DNA of 64,000 nucleotides from a virus (Duplodnaviria; Caudoviricetes): IMG/VR virus record IMGVR_UViG_3300002026_000019, positions 5,684 to 69,683 of that record; one strand, 5' to 3'. Shown piece by piece: positions 59,889 to 64,000 of this stretch (position 1 is its first letter; each line of letters starts with the position of its first letter). The notes under the pieces were generated by a model. It saw only the letters and a program-made list of their open reading frames with translations, ran no database searches and was not told where the DNA came from. The position numbers and the translations under genes were made by a program.

Positions 59889-60338
59889 TTACGAGTTTGC
59901 GTCGACCTGACTCTTCGTCGTTGCGTCAGACGCTGGAGCCGGGTCCGCAAGAACAGGTGCGCTCTTGATGATGTCGGCGTAGCGGATTTCAGTTACCAGC
60001 GGCATCACGACATCATGCTCACCGAAGAACGCCTTCTTGCCAAACAGTGAGTTGCCACCGTTGACGTTTGCAAGAACCATTCCAGAACTGTAACCGGTCT
60101 TGATGCAGACCAAACGCTCGTTGCTCCAGCCGCCTTTCGGCTTCAGGTCATCAAACGCTTTCGTCTTTGCAACGTCAACCGCGAAGACTTGCAGTTTCGG
60201 AAGCATTGGAAATGTCACTCGTTCTGGAACGTTGTCGTCGACCAAAGTAATGTCGGTTGCCTTGTAGCAATTGAGTGGAAGGTCCAGCCAAAGGCTACGG
60301 TCTGTCATGACGCTTTTCGTGCTTTTTTGCTTACTCAT
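59889..60338 (-). CDS. Hypothetical protein
   Basis: Start MSKQK with an AGGAG RBS; hairpin at 59856-59879 downstream. Confidence 0.7.
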   Translation of the reverse strand: MSKQKSTKSVMTDRSLWLDLPLNCYKATDITLVDDNVPERVTFPMLPKLQVFAVDVAKTKAFDDLKPKGGWSNERLVCIKTGYSSGMVLANVNGGNSLFGKKAFFGEHDVVMPLVTEIRYADIIKSAPVLADPAPASDATTKSQVDANS

Positions 60339-60423
60339 TTTGAAACTCCTAACATTTGTGGCGCGTCTTTGTGGAAGGTCGGCACACAGCGCCACGTGCA
60401 TACCGATCCTTTGTTGTCAGTCT

Positions 60424-60960
60424 TTACAGCTTCTCTTTGCGCTTCAGGTGGTTCAGGTGCGTCTTAGCCAGATTGTCGAGTGCGGCCTGATGACTCATCC
60501 AACCGCCGCCCAACCCTGTTGCCCGATGTCTGTATTGTGCTTCGGCTTCCATAAGCTTACCATTTGCGTCCAGCGTCACAGTGACGAAAACATGTCCAAC
60601 TCGGTAGCTATGACGACGCAACACAAACGTATACTCGATAAGGTCGGGGCGCTTTGTGTTGCTGACCTCCCACTCCAGTTTGAACGAGTCAGGGACAACA
60701 AAGTTTTTAACTACTAAAAACGGTGTTGAGACCTCCAACCAATCCTCACCGTCATCATACTCGTTAGGAAGGTCGTCACGCACAGTAGGTTTCACTTTCG
60801 GAATCAAACTGGTCAGCAACGTTTCCAAACCTGTGAAGACCATCTTCGGTGAAGGTGATTCGAGTCCGGGAAAGAGTCCCAAGAGTTTTGCTATCTCGTT
60901 GTCTTTATTGATAAGAGCAACTAGCTTTGAGTATAGTGTTTTCGGTTTCATTGCTATCAA
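60424..60960 (-). CDS. Hypothetical protein, tandem paralog of the 60957 gene
   Basis: F.L.R..YRVG.V...LGG...H shared with its neighbour. Confidence 0.7.
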   Translation of the reverse strand: MIAMKPKTLYSKLVALINKDNEIAKLLGLFPGLESPSPKMVFTGLETLLTSLIPKVKPTVRDDLPNEYDDGEDWLEVSTPFLVVKNFVVPDSFKLEWEVSNTKRPDLIEYTFVLRRHSYRVGHVFVTVTLDANGKLMEAEAQYRHRATGLGGGWMSHQAALDNLAKTHLNHLKRKEKL

Positions 60961-61502
60961 CCCCGCGCCTTGTTGTCGATGTACTCTTGATGAGTCTGGA
61001 TCAGAATGTCACAAGCGTGTTGCATTGATGTAACACCGTCACCACCAAGATCAGAAGCATAGTGCAGGTACGACACAATCTCTTCAACCTCGTCCCCGTG
61101 GGACGCCCCGTTTATGTACGTAGACACTAGCAAGACAACTTCACCTACGCGGTGGCCGCGTCGCGTCAACATGAACGTAGTCTTCTCTTGTTTAGAGCCT
61201 CCATCCCCGTCTTCGTAGACAGATGAAAGCTCACCGGAGCTACACATCTTGTAACCGACTGGCAACACGAAATCTGAAGACTTGAACGTGTTGTCAGGTT
61301 TCGACAACCCCTGTTTCACAGACTCAGTGTTCTTCGTCTTGGCCCTGCGTCGTTCAATGTAGCTAGCCATCACGTAATCCAAACGGCTGAGAACGACTTT
61401 CTTGCTTGGGAGACTTTGTCCAACGACACCAAGGAGTGCAGACTTGTCAGCGTCAGCCAGAATAATCTTGGACAGCTTGCGGTAGAATTTACGTGCGTTC
61501 AT
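60957..61502 (-). CDS. Hypothetical protein, tandem paralog of the 60424 gene
   Basis: FMLTRRGHRVGEVVL...SDLGG. Confidence 0.7.
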   Translation of the reverse strand: MNARKFYRKLSKIILADADKSALLGVVGQSLPSKKVVLSRLDYVMASYIERRRAKTKNTESVKQGLSKPDNTFKSSDFVLPVGYKMCSSGELSSVYEDGDGGSKQEKTTFMLTRRGHRVGEVVLLVSTYINGASHGDEVEEIVSYLHYASDLGGDGVTSMQHACDILIQTHQEYIDNKARG

Positions 61503-61879
61503 TTTGAATCTCCAGATGTGGTGAGCAACTTGTAAAGGCAGGGTGAAATCAAATCATCTTCTCTGATACTCGCGTACTCAAACCCATTGTTTGCCAAATG
61601 TGTTTCGAGACGTTTATTCAGAAGGCTCTCTATGTAAATCGCTTGGATCGTTCCGCGAAGCGCGTCACCCTCAAGAAGATTCTCAATGTCGACCAGCAAC
61701 TTCTTGAAGCGTCCTTTGCCGCGAAGCTTGCCCGGCAGGGTGATGTTGCCGATGTCCAACGTCTCGACGACGCCGACCGGCGTTGCATGAAACGCCACCC
61801 GCACGTAAATGCTAAACTTGCAGCAGGTGATCCACTTGTTGCGACGATCACCTGCGAGTAGTGCGGTCAGTTGTTTCAT
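61499..61879 (-). CDS. GNAT-family acetyltransferase-like protein
   Basis: LDIGNITLPGKLRGKGRF (acetyl-CoA motif A)...IESLLNKRL..HL..NGF. Confidence 0.7.
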   Translation of the reverse strand: MKQLTALLAGDRRNKWITCCKFSIYVRVAFHATPVGVVETLDIGNITLPGKLRGKGRFKKLLVDIENLLEGDALRGTIQAIYIESLLNKRLETHLANNGFEYASIREDDLISPCLYKLLTTSGDSK

Positions 61880-62361
61880 GACCGAGCACCGTGCTGCTTA
61901 CCAAACTTTTGAAACAGGGAATTGAGTTTTGAAAGCGAAGCTACGTTGGCTTTCGGAGGTTGGGGCGGAGTCACAGCCTTGATTGGTTTCTCCACGAGTT
62001 TGTGATTGAGGCCGTCGCAAATCTTTCCGTTGCGAACACAAAGGTACGTGGTACCAAACACAGGCTTGATCGCGGTGATCGTGCCGGGGGCAACCGGAGC
62101 AACGTCACTAAGAATGCTGCGCACCTTACGGAGCAGTGCAAGCATCGCTTGACCGTTGCTGAACCAAGAATCGCTCAACGTCTCAGCGAAAGCCATAATC
62201 TCGTACCAACCGTTTCCTTGCGCGTACATTTCGCCGCAAGCGTACTGGATAGGACGTTCCGTGCACCGGAGTTCAGTGCGGAGTTTCGAGACTTGATCTT
62301 TCGTGAGTTGAATACGGATGGACATGTTGCGCATGTCGCGGTTCTTGATGATAACTTTCAT
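61876..62361 (-). CDS. Hypothetical protein
   Basis: AGGAG RBS. Confidence 0.7.
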   Translation of the reverse strand: MKVIIKNRDMRNMSIRIQLTKDQVSKLRTELRCTERPIQYACGEMYAQGNGWYEIMAFAETLSDSWFSNGQAMLALLRKVRSILSDVAPVAPGTITAIKPVFGTTYLCVRNGKICDGLNHKLVEKPIKAVTPPQPPKANVASLSKLNSLFQKFGKQHGARS

Positions 62362-62419
62362 TTGAATCTCCTAATAGGTGAAGGCGGAGTGGTGCGGTGG
62401 TTTCCCACCGCAGTTGAAA

Positions 62420-62620
62420 CTAGACCAGCTTGAAACCGAGTTCTCCAACAACTCCAACGACTTCAGCAACGTCGCGTTCCCGCATGTTTGGCCTAACCAG
62501 AAGTCGTGCTTGGCCGAACTTCAAAACATCGTCAACCGTGTTGCACCCGGCTGCCAGCAGAACGTTTGTGCTGCGAACCGTCAGCGGCAGATCAAGTACC
62601 TGCGTTGAACCTTTTTCCAT
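62420..62620 (-). CDS. RNA polymerase alpha-CTD-like protein
   Basis: VLDLPLTVRSTNVLLAAGCNTVDDVL...LLVRPNMRERDVAEV..V.GELGFKL aligns to the alpha-CTD (VDDLELTVRSANCLKAE...LLKTPNLGKKSLTEIK..L...GLSL). Confidence 0.8.
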   Translation of the reverse strand: MEKGSTQVLDLPLTVRSTNVLLAAGCNTVDDVLKFGQARLLVRPNMRERDVAEVVGVVGELGFKLV

Positions 62621-62650
62621 TTCCAAACTCCTAATAATTACAACGTTGAA

Positions 62651-62893
62651 CTACTTCCGCCCCTTCAACTTGAACTCGCCACACACGCGGACGTAGCTAA
62701 GAATTGGAAACCTCGTTGCTGTTGCAACCTCATGTGGTTCCGGGAAGGGCTTGGTGAATGGGGCTGAGACCGTCGGTGGAAACCTTATACACTCACCAAC
62801 ATCTGTTGTCTCGTCACCAATCTCAGTCGCGTCACCATTGTCGGTGAATTCGATTGTAAAAAACTTGCAAGTGCCGCAGCATTCATCATCCAT
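62651..62893 (-). CDS. 4-Cys family protein
   Basis: CGTCKFF...GECIRFPP...RFP...VCGEF; AGGAG RBS. Confidence 0.7.
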   Translation of the reverse strand: MDDECCGTCKFFTIEFTDNGDATEIGDETTDVGECIRFPPTVSAPFTKPFPEPHEVATATRFPILSYVRVCGEFKLKGRK

Positions 62894-62957
62894 GAAAACT
62901 TTCTCCTAATAAGTAAACGACGGAGAGGACAGCTTTCGCCATCCCCGGAAGTGCCTG

Positions 62958-63302
62958 TTACATACTGCGCATGTATTTGAACTCTGGTCCCAAGTCCCAT
63001 TCGTAAACTCGGTACTCCATCGAGAAGTCATAGTCAGTACCCATGATCCACTCGGCTTTGTGGGCAACCCAAAGTTCAAGTGCTGCAATGTCATCGAAGT
63101 ATTCAACTTCGGGTTCGTGCTTGACTTGCGGGAATTGCTTGTCGTGGCATTTGTACTCAACTCCGAAAACCGCGCTGTTCGGCCAGTTGCCCGGATGAGT
63201 GATTCCGGTAAACGTTGACGTCTTCGGTTTCGGTGTCGTCATGTCAATGAAGTTGTTGCAAAGAACTTCAATGATGTTCAAGCTGTCTGTTTGTTGTTGC
63301 AT
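62958..63302 (-). CDS. Hypothetical protein
   Basis: AGGAG RBS; an 11-bp hairpin at 63317-63341 lies upstream. Confidence 0.65.
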   Translation of the reverse strand: MQQQTDSLNIIEVLCNNFIDMTTPKPKTSTFTGITHPGNWPNSAVFGVEYKCHDKQFPQVKHEPEVEYFDDIAALELWVAHKAEWIMGTDYDFSMEYRVYEWDLGPEFKYMRSM

Positions 63303-63349
63303 TTGATGCTCCTGAGAGAGTCCCGCTTGGAGCGGGACTCTGAAGTTTG

Positions 63350-63625
63350 TTATCGGTTGGCGAGTTGCAAGGCAAGTGGAGTTATGTTGTGAACGATGTC
63401 ATCGTCGTTGACGTAAGTCCTGAAGCCGAGGCGGTGGGCCATTTTCAAAGCCTTGCCAAAAGTCTTAAACTTTACCCCTGCTACCGTATTGCGGTGGTGC
63501 GGGAAATTCAATTGGACTTTCTTTTCGTTGCGGACGAAAATCCCACAGTCCGCATCTTCAACTTTCGTTGTGCAAACCTTATCAAGTAGAGTTTCGTGTA
63601 CAACTTGTTCGACTCGCTTTGTCAT
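63350..63625 (-). CDS. Hypothetical protein, first gene after the sigma70 promoter
   Basis: AAGGA RBS. Confidence 0.7.
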   Translation of the reverse strand: MTKRVEQVVHETLLDKVCTTKVEDADCGIFVRNEKKVQLNFPHHRNTVAGVKFKTFGKALKMAHRLGFRTYVNDDDIVHNITPLALQLANR

Positions 63626-63743
63626 TTCAAAATCCTTAATAGAAAAACGTCAGGGTTGAAAATAGCACAACGTCTAAAGTGCCTCGGGTTTGGCATATTG
63701 GGAAAAGCTAATATGCCCGGAAAAGACAGCATCCCGTGAACAC

Positions 63744-63773
63744 ATTATAGCATGGTTTTGGGCTTTTTGTCAA
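63744..63773 (-). promoter_or_regulatory. Consensus sigma70 early promoter with extended -10
   Basis: TTGACA-N18-TATAAT with TG one base before the -10 box. Confidence 0.85.
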
Positions 63774-63880
63774 GCCTTATTTTGAGGCCAAAAAAGGGCA
63801 ACCCGAAGGCTCCCCAAAAGGCTGTCTATGTTGGGCTTTACACGTTGTGTAAATTCAAGATAGCGGTCAAATGAGGCGGG

Positions 63881-64000
63881 TCATCGAACCTTGTGCTTTC
63901 TCTTATATGCCAAAATCTGTTTTCTAAGGTTCATTGCTTTCATGCGTAAATCGACACGACGTGGTTGCGAGTGAAGTTCTTTTTCAAGGATTTCAAGATC
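63881..64000 (-). CDS. 3' end of a gene entering from the right edge (partial)
   Basis: DLEILEKELHSQPRRVDLRMKAMNLRKQILAYKRKHKVR*. Confidence 0.5.
   Translation of the reverse strand, partial: DLEILEKELHSQPRRVDLRMKAMNLRKQILAYKRKHKVR

Noticed and set aside
63300-63880. tRNA or other structured RNA in the hairpin-containing intergenic segments at the right end
   Set aside because: Only isolated terminator-like stems (63317-63341, ~63790-63820) are present; no cloverleaf, T-loop GTTCRA or CCA end.
1-64000. Genome-wide reassignment of TGA (code 4/25) suggested by two in-frame TGAs
   Set aside because: Many genes clearly end at TGA, often in ATGA overlaps (e.g. 8209, 21020, 33781, 37700), TGG is used for Trp, and long genes are uninterrupted under code 11.

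Overview
A 64 kb segment of a large lytic myovirus (jumbo-phage-like) genome, about 49% GC, with almost all genes on the minus strand. The only plus-strand operon is 45553-48280. Read in the direction of transcription (right to left) it contains five blocks. (1) A sigma70-driven block of small early/accessory genes: an RNAP alpha-CTD-like protein, a GNAT, a radical SAM enzyme with a Gly/Cys tail and a DUF3164 protein. (2) A 5'-3' exonuclease, a Lar/J-domain fusion and a plus-strand Zn-ribbon endonuclease fused to a RuvC-like resolvase. (3) Putative neck genes, a histone-H1-like protein and a hemerythrin. (4) A ~22 kb block (15.3-37.7 kb) in which about 20 otherwise unrelated proteins share a short N-terminal leader (M-K-x-h-[IV]-S-[LIVM]-S-[AG]). 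This block also holds two PARP-like ADP-ribosyltransferase domains (only the long one carries the leader) and a 1912-aa SNF2 ATPase. (5) A replication module (family A polymerase with a UDG-like N-terminus, beta-clamp-like protein, SF2 helicase, dUTPase) followed by the 5' part of a T4 gp18-like tail sheath gene. My best candidate for an undescribed system is the shared leader, read as a capsid-targeting or processing tag for a packaged cargo set. Also notable are a homing-endonuclease cassette that supplies a recoded copy of its target gene's 3' end, two genes with an in-frame UGA, and a phage-specific CTAATTT promoter-like motif. No tRNA, rRNA or CRISPR array was seen. All family assignments come from motif recognition by eye; no database searches were run. 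Resemblance to RSL1/Lu11/PaBG/Y3-type jumbo phages is an unverified impression.
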